From the human T2T-CHM13v2.0 reference genome, Homo sapiens: a stretch of DNA of 64,000 bases. Position numbers and translations under genes: made by a program. Where the stretch lies: NCBI RefSeq assembly GCF_009914755.1, contig NC_060931.1; one strand, 5' to 3'. Below are positions 41,601 to 53,635 of this stretch, piece after piece. Positions within the stretch are counted from its first letter, which is position 1, and the number at the start of each line of letters is the position of its first letter. The notes under the pieces are model-generated. The model was not told where the DNA came from. It saw nothing but the letters and a program-made list of their open reading frames with translations, and searched no databases.

Positions 41601-43275
41601 CTGTTGCTAGCAAAATAGGCGGTCTCTGTGAAAGCACTGATGGCCACCGATAACCAATGACTGCACACTGCCCTTGCCTTTGAGTCCACAGGAGCCTCAC
41701 GTAGATGGCCACAGGTGGGCAAGGCACAGACTTAGATTTTTGGCAAAACTATGGTGATTCTTCCTGTGAAAGACGTATATAATTTAAGTGCTCACATTTC
41801 CAATGCTCTTGACAGCTATAGATATCAAGAGGTATTCAATGCTACAGTAAAATATCTGTTTTAGGCCCCTCAAATTCAGAGGTTTATATTTTAAAAGATA
41901 TTTGTACTCCGGAGAAACACTAGTAGTTGGGATTTCACATAAGATTCCTGCACTGATTTCCTGTGTCATATTTAGCCAAACAAGTGGTCTGCTCCAGGTC
42001 ACGACTGCCTCGCTGCAATTGCATCACTTGCTCTGATGCAAACACGGGAACATGCAGGTGCCGTCACGTCGGGCCTTCGGGATTATTCTCAGACTGCAGG
42101 GGCTGCGGTCCCTAGAGAGCTGTGAGAGACCTCCGCTTTAGCAAAGCTGCCAGAAAAGTCTAAAAAAGTGAGGATGACATTCACCATTTTAAAAATAATC
42201 ATGGGCAATTTAGCACCCTTTCCCAAAGTGCGTTCTGTGTAAAGTTTACAGGTGCTGTCTCTAAAGCACTTCTGTGATCACAAATGTTTCAGATGCTCTA
42301 GCTTAGCTTGAGTGAATAGGTAGGTTTTCTTTTTCTGTAAGATTTTTCAGATCCTCTAAAATCAAACGGGAAATGTAGAATTGCCAAGAAAACGATAGAC
42401 GATGCCAAATTTCCCAAACTTACTGAACCTGCATGGCTTTTTCCCCCTCAGGACAACTCAGGTAACTGGCATTCTAGAAAATGAGAGGTAAAAAACGTGA
42501 AGAGATCTCAGTCACCTCAGCAACGCCAGAGGAAGACTGAAACCCAGAAAGCTAGACCCTACTCAAACCACGGAGAGCTGAGGGAGCCTAGCCAAGCCCC
42601 CCTTTGAAAAAAACATGTCCTGGCCACCCTGCTGTTAAAGCCTTGGCTCAAATGCAATGCTCACAGTCACCGAGGACCCCCGAACCTGCCAACGCTCAAG
42701 GCTGGACGCAGGGCTGCTCCCAGGTCGCTCTGGGTCCTGCACCTATCTCCCATGCTGAGCTAAGCAGCTGTGCAATAGTGTGTGTGCCCACGTCTCTTCT
42801 CCGGGTAGCCCAAGTCTTGGAAGGCAGACAGTAGAGCAAACTCATCTCTGTCTAGAGCCTGTCCAGGACAGCCCCTCACCTAGAGGAGCATATTACAGGA
42901 CCATAAGGTTAGAACATCCATCCTTCAGTGGTGGCCACGCCGGAGGGCATAAATGATGGTGAGCAATGCAATGGGATCTGCTACATGTGTGGGTTTTGCT
43001 TGCACGGTTTCAGGGATTCACGCGTCCCCTCATAAGTAACTGAATGACAAGTTGAGAGTTCACTTAGGCGTACTGAAATGCATTTCTGTCGTCTGGGGCA
43101 CTGCTGTGGCACACTGAGAAGACAGCTAGAAGCTCGGGTCCTGAGTCTAAACCCACTTTTTGTGATGTATTTGTCAATGACCTTGGAAGATGACTTTATC
43201 CTCCCTGGGCCTCAGGTTCCTTAAGAGCACATGTCTCGTGGTCACTCCTGATGAAGGCAGTGATCACATGGCAAA

Positions 43276-43612
43276 GGGGTGGGGCACAGTAGTGGTGCCG
43301 CGTTCATGCAGTAAAGGGGCATGGGGGCACAGCTGCGGTGCCGTGTTCACGTGGGAAGTAGGGGGTGCAGCCATCATGCCGCGTCCACAGGGGAAGTGGC
43401 AGGGAGGCGCAACTGCGGTGCCGCATTCAAATGGGAAGTGGGGGTGCAGCCATCATGCCACAACCACAGAAGTGGGGGGTGCAGCCGTGGTGCTGCATTC
43501 ATGCAGGAAGGGAGGTAGGGCACAGCCATGGAGCCATGTCCATGCAGGAAGTGGGGTGGGGTGGACGTCCTGCCACGTTCACACGGCAAGAGGGGAGGCA
43601 GCCGTGGTGCAG
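43276..43612. repeat. Degenerate G-rich minisatellite, about 8.5 units of 34-43 bp, consensus roughly GGGGGYGCAGCCRYGGTGCCGCGTTCAYRCRGGAAGT
   Basis: Aligned by eye; recurring GCAGCCATCATGCC, GCGGTGCCG, TTCATGCAG and GGAAGTGG blocks. Confidence 0.8.
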
Positions 43613-46600
43613 ATTTGACTGTCCTGAGCTCCAAGACACAGAGACATCAGCAGGGCCCCGCCTCCTCAGACAGAGCAGGAAATGGAAGTTTCCAGAGATG
43701 CTGCCACACATCAGCGCTGGAGCTGGGTTCTGCCCCAGCACCTTCCAAGTGCCGTGGGCAGGAGCTCCCCCTCCACACCGTGGCCTCTCGGTGCAGACGG
43801 GAAATGGTTACAGGCAGGTGGCTTCCGTTGGGAGACAGGAGCCACGCAGTAGCAGAAGGAAAGGAGTTAGAGATGCAGGTGTGAGGGGGGCCGAGGACAG
43901 AGGATTTTAACTTGAAAATGGCGGGATGAGTTGAAGTGCACCTCATGCTGACTCTTGAGTGCGTGAAGCCACAAGGGACCATCCTGTGATGGCGCAGCAT
44001 CTTATCCATCCCGCCAGGGCCAAGGCCCTGAGGGCTGCAGACCCAACCCACTGCAGCCAGCACCCCTCAGGGTCCCCAGCACTCAGGGTAAACTGCAGTT
44101 AGGCTCAGGCCCCAATGTCTTCTGATCTCCAAAGGCACCAGAAAAGGTGACACGGGCAGACTGTGGAGGTGCTAAGAGTAACAGGGCTTGCCAGCGGGTG
44201 GAAGGGGCTAAAGGATGGAGGAAGTCCATCCTCAGCAAGGCCCACCAGCAAACTGCTCGGGACAGGCCCAGTTGCAGACACACATTTGCAGGAGAGAGCA
44301 TTCTCTCCGTGCAATACATTCTGTGAAACAACCTGCACTGGGAGGCCAGGACTAGTTTTTCTCAGCAAAGATGGTCTAACATATTGCATGCAGTTAAAGC
44401 CTCAGGAGACCTAATTTTGATCATTAGTAAATAATTGTATGCACAAACCCTTATCCAAAGTGATTACTGTGGTTCCAGAAAATTAATTTTTAAAATTAAG
44501 CAGAGGGAGAAGAGCTGATTGGAGCTAAGACAAGATTTATGTCCTATTACTAACAGGGTTAAACTATGTGACTAATTGTGTTTGAATAACAAATGGAAAA
44601 ATGTGCTCTAAAAACTCATTATGTAGCTGCACGAGAATCTTTATTGGCTGAAGGAAAGTGTGGCCTGTCAAAGTGCCCACTGAGCTTGTCTTAAGTTCAT
44701 AAATAAACAAGTTCCTAATAGCATTACTATACTTTTTCTTCACCGGCACTCTTCTCTAGGGTGCCCCTGGGGACACCCCGCCCTCTTGTCTCAGCACCTC
44801 TGCACATTTACTGTAGGAGTCAGTTCTCTGCCTGCTCTTGGTTTCTGCTTCTTCAACATGTGAATCTGTTCTTGGCATCACACACCACAACCAACTCACT
44901 GGGACCTGTGGGGTCAGTGCGCCCCACATGTTGCCTCAGTTGCCCTTGCCACCACTTCACATTTCTGCATACCTGGCTTACCCACCCGTATATGGAACAG
45001 CTGCTTCTGGGTGACAAGCCCAACTCTGGTCTCACCAGCTGCCGTTGTGGAGAGAGGACAAGTGCCGTGACACAGGACGAGGCTGTGGTGGCTGCTGTCT
45101 CCGGCCCTAGACTTCCTGTTCTGCAAAAGCAACTCTCCTTACAATAGAGACCAGACGGATTTGGTTTTATTTCTTGCAGCCAAAGGCATCCTGAAAGCAG
45201 GTGAAGCACAGTGTCCCACGCTTGCCAGGAGAAGGACTCCCCACATCTCAGCAGCTGGTGTTACTACTGTCATTACCTGCAATGTTGTGGAGTTGGAGTC
45301 TGGCCCCATGCCCAGGTGCCTTGACCTTCTCAGTTGAAGACCAAGCCCCTGGCAGTCCCAGGCTGGTGCATGGCAGGAGGGGCAGCTTCCTGGCAGTGGA
45401 GATGCTGTCCTTAAAAGCCCCTGGGCCTCCTTTTCAGAGAGGTCTTCCTCTCCGATGGTCATGACCCAGGAGGTGCGAGGCACGATCAGGAAACCGAGGC
45501 TCCCTGATAAGTGGAATGAAAGTCTGCCAATACCTCCAAGAAATGAAGGGTTATTCAGAATTGGATGCTAAGCTCCTCCACTGCCTGCACAAATCCATCT
45601 CCTTTCAGCAGCAAATGCCAGTGTGTGCTGCATTTGGGGGGTGATGCTTCAGCCCCAGGCAGGAGGCTGGACAGACTCAGAGTGTCTTCTCCAAACTCAG
45701 CAGAGTGCTGACCTCAGAGGTCTGGGAGGGGCAGGAAGAAGACTAAGGCTTTGGGCTCATCTAGATTGAGTACAATTTCCTGCCTGTACCTCTAGTTGGC
45801 TGTGTGACTCCAGCCAAAGTATTTCACCTTGTGGAGCTTCAGGACCTTGGTTTCACCATATGAAAATAGTCTCTCCCTTGCAGCATGTGGAAGTGCTGTG
45901 AAAATTAAATGTGTAGTAACCACCAACGGATGCTAAAAAACAGGAAAATTAAGATTCTACCTGATAGAATCTCTTAGAACCCAAATGTGAGTCTTGGTCT
46001 AACATCACCTGATTCATCTGAAGCCTCTTCCTTGTCCATCTGGAATGCAGAGAAGCTATTCCTTATGCTTTCAGGTGATGCTCTTACAGACACCTGAGCT
46101 AGACTCTCAAGGGAATCTACTTCAACCTTTACCAATTTTGCAAATTCTCTTCCATAACATAGATTCATTTGTTGATTCATTACATTTTCAGTTATCCCTT
46201 GACTTAAAACATTTCTTTCAAAGGCCCACTCGCTGTCCCTGCTCCACGGGTGAGGATGACAGGGAAGAGGGCCCAGGGTGCATCCTCAGAGCTGACATGG
46301 AGATAAAGCCAGCACAGCCTGGGAAGGGCAAGGCCACTCCTGCTGCAGAGTGAGATGCTGCTGGGACATTCCAGTGACAGGAAGTGGGACCCCAGGCAGC
46401 CCCCTCCCTGGGGATGCTGACAGGTGAAGGGACCTTTCCCCACAAGGAGTAGGTGGCACCTCCCTGTACCTCTCTGGCCCTTGTTCCAGCCTCTGGACCC
46501 AGAGAGTAGGAGGCATCCCTCCCATGTGTGTGCTGTAGGAAATAGCCACAAGTGCCCCAAATGATCCTTAACCACTTCCCATTTTCTCCTTTGCCTCCTG

Positions 46601-49600
46601 CCACAGCCTCTCACCATCGAGTCCCTCCACTTGGGATGAGTGCCATGTGACTAGGGTCCTTCTCACAGGGATAATGGCATCCAAGAAAGAACACAACAAA
46701 GCCACTAGCTTCTAGAAAACCTATTTCTGTCAGAGCAGAATGGTCAAGCCAGCCACTCAGGAAAGGTCATACTGGACTGCTGACTGGAGCCACGTGTCTA
46801 ACTAACTGAGCCCTTCTCTCACAAGCAGCAGTGGCTGCAGCTGCCATCCTCTTGGTGATACTTTTGTAGCTGCATGTGCAGACATCATTTTGAAAGCCTA
46901 TTTAATGTAATCCTTTTTAGATTCGGGCCATCATCCCAGCTTGCTGAGCCCTTAGTGGACGCCAGATCCAGTGCCCATCAGGGAAAGCCCCTGGCATGCC
47001 AGGTGCAGGGAGACAATGCAGACACCATAGGAGTCACCTCGCAGGATGCCACAGCCGAAACCAGCAGGCCAGGACCTGCCTGCCAGGGTGTCTGCTTCAG
47101 CCCACACAGTGCTTACAGACACTGAAATGTGCAAAATGTGGAGAGTTCAGGTCTTCAGTGGCAATTCTGATTTCTCTCAAAGCATCCAATTTTCTGGTGA
47201 CACTGGTCCCATGCTCCTGCTGGCCATGCTCGGCTGATGGGCGGTGGCTGTGGACACAGGGCCCCTCTTCCCTAGCGTGGACACCGACGCTCAGTCTTGC
47301 CTCGAGGAGCTACTTCTGCCCTGACTTCTGATGTCGCTGAGCTGAGACCCTCCTCACACAGCAAACAGCCAGGATCAGAATGCAGGAACCGAGAAGGCCT
47401 TTGGGACAGCCCCCCTACAGGGTATCGTACCCACCAGCCTGAACAGTCAAATGTACCTATACACATGGCTCCCCTCAGCCTCTCAGAGCCTTCTGAACTT
47501 CACCCAGCACCTGCAGGAAGAAAATGGCACCCCACTCACCTTTCTCTCCTCTCCCAGGACCTTAAAGAAGTACAGCAGAGGGAGACAGTCACCAGGCCGT
47601 GGCGGGGGGCCAGCCCACCTGCCAGGGTCCTCTGCAGTGTGTCTGTGGGGGCAGGGGGGACAGCTCTGGTATTTACCCAGGATTGTCTGGCACCTGGCCC
47701 AAGTCCCAGGTCTCGGAGCACATCCTTCTGTGGTGCCCCTCCCTCCCGACACCCGAGGCCAGCTCCAGGCACACTGCATGGCGCTTCCTCAACTCAGAAG
47801 GCCCCGGAGGGTCTGACGCAAAGGAGGACCACTGCAGCCAGTGTCTGCCAGGGCACCAAGATCAAAGGCAGCCTCACCACAGAGACCCAGTGGCACCAAC
47901 TAGACCGTGAGCCCAGCCTCTCCGGCCGGAGCATGGTGCTTGGCCTCAGGGCTCACAAGTCTTTGCTATATCAATCACCCTTACCACAACAGCCTGTCTT
48001 TTCAAATGAGTCACAAAGCAGTTAAAAATACCCTGTTGATTTTTACCACAAATATCCAGTTTCCTGAACAATGACTAATTTAATTTCACCACCTTTTAGA
48101 GGAAAGAAATTAAACACTCAGAAAGAAATTCTTATGTATTTGTATTTTTGGTAAGTCAATGACGAGGTATTATTAAACTTAAATAAATCAAACCACTGAA
48201 TAAAATTAAATGCCATTTAATAAATGATGGAATCATCTCCACAGAAGCTATACCTTCCAATGAAAGTCACTCACTGCTGACAAGGAGGACTGCTGTCACC
48301 TCTAACAGACACTATGTAAAACCATACATCACGGTTCCTCTATGCACTCTCCCAGAGCAAAGGGGGATGTCTGCTCTAACATCAGTTTTTGCCTTCCGTG
48401 AGGGAATAGGTCTGTGTGCTCTCTCACTTTAATGGTGAAGCCATAGAGTACAACCTCAGGTAAACGCAAGACCAATAGACTCTGGCTTAAATATTAACAA
48501 GCCAAAACATTGCTGTTTTAAAATTCATCATCAACAACAAAATAAAACAGAAAGCCCAAGAAGTCTAGAAAGACAACTCCAAAACATCTCACACTATTTA
48601 TGAGCACCCAAACACCAGTGAGGGCCCATGAGCCAGTGGCAGAGGTGCGTGGAAGTGCCTGGGTTTACTGGCTCCAGATTTCCATGCTTCCACCAAGGGT
48701 CTGACCGGCCCAGGTTTGGAACCCATAACACGTTGGACAAACTGCTCTCAGGGCTCCCCCTGGCCAAATGCTGAGCAGCTGCAGGGCGGGTGCCACCCCA
48801 CGTGGGGGTAGCAACGAGCCTGGGTGGGACCAGGGAGGTGAGACCGACCCTGCACTGCTTCTGTAGAAGCACCTGGGCAGGACCCCAGACCCAGAAGAGG
48901 AAGCAGAGCCTGGGCAGGGTGAGGAAGTTGAATCCAGGGCAGGTGAAGGACAGCCAGGCAGGAAGGAATGAGTGGGCTGTCAGACGGTGACATCCCAGCA
49001 CGTGGATCTCCGATCAGAAGTAGCCCCCTTTGCGCCGGTGTACGTCTCCCCCACAGCTGGAGGATCACAGGTTTGAAACTCAGCTATTCCCGCCAACCCA
49101 GATGACTCAGGCAAGCCCCATGGGTACCCTTAGCAAACTCAGCACAGCACTCAGGAAGAACCTGGCCAATGCAGGGTCACGAAGCCAGGGTGCAGTCATC
49201 GTGGAAGAACTTGGTAAGCCTGCCTGGGGCTGCTGCATGCTCTGGGATCCCCAGGGAGAGGACGCAAGGCAGCTGGGGAAGACCTCCCTGTCCTTCTAGA
49301 TAGAATAATGGCTGCTCTCTTTTGGCACATGCCTGCCACGTCTTAGACTACCAACTACTCCATCCTGCTTCCTCTCAGATAGCTCTTCACTCTGTCACCA
49401 TCGTGCTAAGCTCACGAGAGCAGGGCCCACTTTGCGGTCAACCTCTTGGTCTCAGGGTCTGGCAAAACACCCGGCCCGTTGTAGGGGCTCAAGGTGAGCG
49501 AAGGCAGAGAGCTCAGAGGGAGGCGGCATTGGAGGAATCGCGTGCTGTTGAATAGGAGGCTGAGGGCTCTTCTCTACCCATGACTACTCCCATGCAGAAT

Positions 49601-49931
49601 TTTCCCTCCCCTCCTTCCTTTCATCAAGTCCCATTGGCCCGTAGCCTTTACAGGGCACTGAGCTTGTATCTTACATGTCTAGAAAGGAGACACACCAGAG
49701 CTGCAGGTGGAACTCAGATCCGTGAGGGCCCACAAATGCTGCAGTGAGACCACTGCCACTCTCCCACCCTGTCCCAGCACGCGGGCCAGGGGGCTCAGCA
49801 TGCTGTGAGGAGCGCCAGGTCCACATCATGGTAGTTGCTTGCTCTCAGACCTGGGGTCTCTGGACACCAGCATCTGATCTCTTATCACATTACGGAGCTA
49901 CCAAGGAGTCACTTAAAAAGGAGAGAGGCAG

Positions 49932-50229
49932 GGCCAGGCGCAGTGGCTCACATCTGTAATCCCAGCACTTTGGGAGGCCGAGGTGGGCGGATCACAAGGA
50001 CAGGAGATCGAGACCATCCTGGCTAACACGGTGAAACCCCGTCTCTACTAAAAATACAAAAAATTAGCCGGGCGTGGTGGCGGGCGCCTGTAGTCCCAGC
50101 TACTCAGGAGGCTGAGGCAGGAGACTGGCGTGAACCCAGGAGGCAGAGCTTGCAGTGAGCCGAGATTGCGCCACTGCACTCCAGCAGCCTGGGCGACAGA
50201 GCGAGACTCTGTCTCAAAAAAAAAAAAAA
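49932..50229 (+). mobile_element. AluY with intact 17-bp target-site duplication
   Basis: CpG-rich AluY. TSD AAAAAGGAGAGAGGCAG at 49915-49931 and 50230-50246, with a TT|AAAA endonuclease site. Confidence 0.95.
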
Positions 50230-51974
50230 AAAAAGGAGAGAGGCAGAAGAAAGGTACTAATGCCTGTGTGGGAATTTCAGAAGGCTTTGCCTACAAAGCT
50301 TGGGCAAGAATGATTTTTCCTTTCTCATGGAAGTTTAAATATCTCTACTTTTTCCTCCCGTTGCCTTCTTCATGAATCTGCTATTTAATAGTGAACATAA
50401 TGACATGAATGAGGAAGTTTCCAATCACCTCACTATCCCATTACCTTCCATAGATTTCGTTATGCTTTCTTCTTTTCCTACGTTAACTGAGTTCTTCCCT
50501 GTGAGCAAAGCCACTTTATGTATCGGGTCCACTTTGTCAATTTTTCTACTACTTCAGAATCCTTGACTAGACCTTGGTCTCAGCATTACTTCCTCTGACT
50601 TGAATGAAGGGAAGAAGAACATCAGATTTCTCTTTTCCTCAAGCAAGGGGCAAGGAATGGAGCCAAAGCTCTTTGCCCAGCACCATCCCCCACCGTGATC
50701 CTAGATCCAAAGCCCTGGGAAGTGGCTGGAGGTTGTCCAGCACTTGCTACCGACTGCACTGAGAAAACACACTTTTCATGAGATCAGAAGTCAACACCAA
50801 GTACAGATAAAGAAATATCCCTTCAAGCAAGTCGGGAAAAAAAAAAAAAGAACAAAGAACAAGGACTTTCTACAAGTAGTTCTAGTTCTGAGTGAGAAAC
50901 ATCCTTCCTGGTCGTTTCTGTGGGCTTGAGGACACGAGTGACACAGACACCAATGCCACGTTCTCATGGGGAACAAGCTCTGATCCCAAGAAAAACACCA
51001 GCAGGCAAAATTCCCCGGTTTCCTTGTTCTGCTTACAAATTTGGACAATCCCTGGGGGTGGAGGCCAATTTTCTTGCCAAAGGCTGAGAGAGCCAGATAA
51101 TATTTTCATGGTCTTATTTTAGAATGGGTAGCTCTGTAAACAACCTCAGTGACAAAACCCACAGACAGCTTGTCTGGATCCTTATTTGAAGCAGAAGGTC
51201 ACCAGCGAGGTAGACATCCCAGATGCACTTTAGACATGTGACAAAGTGCACAAGCCCAGCCAGTGCTGGCTCCCAGATGAGGGACACTTACCTCACCTTC
51301 TAAGTTTTGATAGTGCCATAATGCAGCCTGCTCCGGGGGCCTGAGGTCAGAACGGGACCCACACTTGGGAGCCAGCGGGTATTGGAAAAAGGTCTCTCTC
51401 TCAAGAGGACAGACCTTGCATGGCACAGGACAGGCAGATTTGCAGAGAAAGGGATGGCTGGCCTGTCTTGCTTGAGAACAGCAAAGGTAGGGAAGTGAGA
51501 GCAAGTAGGGAGAAGAGATGATTCAAGTAGAAGGGCAAAATGACTTCTAAATATGCATTTAGCAGAAGGAAAGTCAAAGTCCCGGGAAGCCAATCAGCAC
51601 AGTGGCTGCAATCACAGGCTCCGATTCTGAGGCCGGGTCACACTCAGCCGCACCATCAGGTCTCAGCCACACTCAGCTCAGCTGCTTACAGGGGCCTCCC
51701 TTCCCTCAACTGTGGAACAGAGGGAACATGCGTACTTAATTCATACGGGATGGCATGAGGAGTAAATGAACATATAAATAAACAAAAAATAAACATATCC
51801 ACCACTTACGACAAGGCCTGGCACACAGAAATCCCTCACTCCATAAACATCAGATGGCGCAGTTGTTCTAATGATCACCTCCACCCCTAGGGGTCTTCCT
51901 CCAGAGGCTGCAGCCCATCCTGGCTCACAGCCCTGCCAACCGGTGGGGAGGAACTTTCAACCCCTTTCTCTGCC

Positions 51975-52080
51975 AGTTTCTCTGCTAAGCTGACTTGTTG
52001 GCTGTTTGACCTTGGACACATTACTGAAATGCTCTGTGCCTCAGTTTCCTCATATGGGGACAATGGTTGTGTCCTATCTA
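51975..52080 (+). mobile_element. MIR SINE fragment
   Basis: GCTGTTTGACCTTGGACACATTACTGAAATGCTCTGTGCCTCAGTTTCCTCAT. Confidence 0.65.
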
Positions 52081-52391
52081 CTTCATGGATCTACTTTAAG
52101 TAGAAACTACAAGTTCAAAAAGGAGGTTATTGCCCTGCGGGTCCAATGGAAACTCTTCTGCTTTCGGCAGATCATATTCAAAGTCAGGACTACAAGACAG
52201 AAACTCTTCAACTCCTGTGTACTGACATCCAGGTGCCCGGGTGAGCCCAGCATTTTCACACCTATTATTGAGCCAGTGGTGAAACTTTTTCAAAGAACTA
52301 AGATTCATCTTTAAACATCAAATCATTGTTATTATTTGCCATTTTTTATGAGACTTTTTCTAAAATATAAAGATAAAACAGAGTTTTGATC

Positions 52392-52731
52392 AATAATGAA
52401 AAGAGGTTTAATTGGTTCATGGTTCTGCAGCCTGTACAAGAATCATGGTGCGGGCATGTGCTCGGCTTCTGATGAGGACTTAGGAGCTTACAATCATGCC
52501 AGAAGGCAAAGCAGGAACTGGCGTCTCGCACAGCAGGAGTGGGAGCAAGGGGAGGAGATGACACGCACTTTTAAACAACCAGATCTCGTGAGAACTTACT
52601 ATTGTGAGGACAGCACCAAGCCATGAGGAATCTACCCCTAAGATCCAATCACCTCCCACCAGGCCCTGCCTCCAAAATTGGGGATTACAATTCCACATGG
52701 GATTTGGAGGGGACAACATCCAAACTGTATC
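52392..52731 (-). mobile_element. MST-type MaLR LTR (partial)
   Basis: AAAAGAGGTTTAATTGGTTCATGGTTCTGCAG...CACCTCCCACCAGGCCC...GGGGATTACAATTCCACATGGGATTTGGAGGGGACAACATCCAAAC. Confidence 0.85.
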
Positions 52732-52894
52732 GGCCTCATAGGACAACAAGTACTGTGACAACAAGAAAAGAACTGAGAGAGAAGATCCCAGGACTTCCCG
52801 CCCTTCTTCCCAAAGTAATAATCTGGCACATCTGTGCAGATCCCAATAATCTGGCATATCCCTCAGCCTGGGCTCCAGCCAGGGGCACACTCAC

Positions 52895-53036
52895 CTGCTT
52901 TGCGGCGGCCTGGCTCGGAGGTAAAGAACCCGGCGTGAGCACAGGGGGGCTCCCAGGGCCACAGAGTTCAGGAAAAGGATTGGGGATGGCCGGCAGAGAT
53001 GAGGTTCTAAACTGCTGGTCTTCCTCCTGAAGGCGC
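52895..53036 (-). CDS. GRB10: GRB10 coding exon, 142 nt, proline-rich region [47 protein letters not shown]
   Basis: Acceptor CCTTCCAG|G, donor CAG|GTGAGT; phase 2 to phase 0. Contains the Grb7-family P(S/A)IPNPFPEL motif and proline-directed sites S150/T155. Confidence 0.97.
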
Positions 53037-53084
53037 CTGGAAGGCAGGGATAAGTGCCTGTTAAAAGCTGCCATTCCCCACATG

Positions 53085-53635
53085 ACCCAGCCTTACCACT
53101 GTGGTGATACACCCAGAAAGCAGGACACAGGGCTTCTAGGAGTCACTGGCATGCCCACGTTCACAGTGGCATCCTTCACAAAAGCCAAAAAGTAGAGGCA
53201 TCCCAAGGGTCTGCAGATGGATGAATGGATGAACAATATGTGGCATATCCATACCATGGAACACTACTCAGCCATGAAAAAGGAAGCACATTCTGACACA
53301 GGCTACGACACGGATGAACCCTGAAGACATTATGCAGAGTCAAACACACCAGTCACAAAACCAGAGACACTGTGTGATTTCACCCAGTGAGGTAGGTAGT
53401 GTATTCAAACCCATAGAAAATAGAAGGGTGGCTGCCAGGGGACTAAGGGGAGGGCAATGGGGAATCGCTGTTTATTGGGGACAGAGTTTCAGTTTCATAA
53501 GATGAGAAAGTTCTGGAGATTGTACAACCATTGTGAGTGTGCATTAATACTACCGAACTGTACCCTGAAAAAAACAGTTAATATGGTAAATTTTATGTTA
53601 CATGTATTTTACTAAAACGAAAACTTTAAAAAAAT
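53085..53635 (+). mobile_element. L1MB-like 3' end fragment, starting about 50 bp from the acceptor of the proline-rich exon
   Basis: GATGAATGGATGAACAATATGTGGCATATCCATACCATGGAACACTACTCAGCC...ATGGTAAATTTTATGTTACATGTATTTTAC plus A-rich tail. Confidence 0.8.

Noticed and set aside
43276-43612. Possible CRISPR-like array
   Set aside because: Units are degenerate along their whole length with no unique spacers, there are no cas genes, and the context is a mammalian intron.
43190-43910. Overlapping ORFs of 118-181 aa with repetitive peptides
   Set aside because: By-product of the G-rich minisatellite, which lacks stop codons.
47297-48025. Longest ORF in the track (242 aa, plus strand)
   Set aside because: Non-ATG start, GC-rich Pro/Ser/Arg composition, no recognisable domain, antisense within an intron; most likely chance.
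48796-48807. 12-bp palindrome CCCCACGTGGGG (E-box)
   Set aside because: Palindromes of this length are expected by chance in 64 kb.
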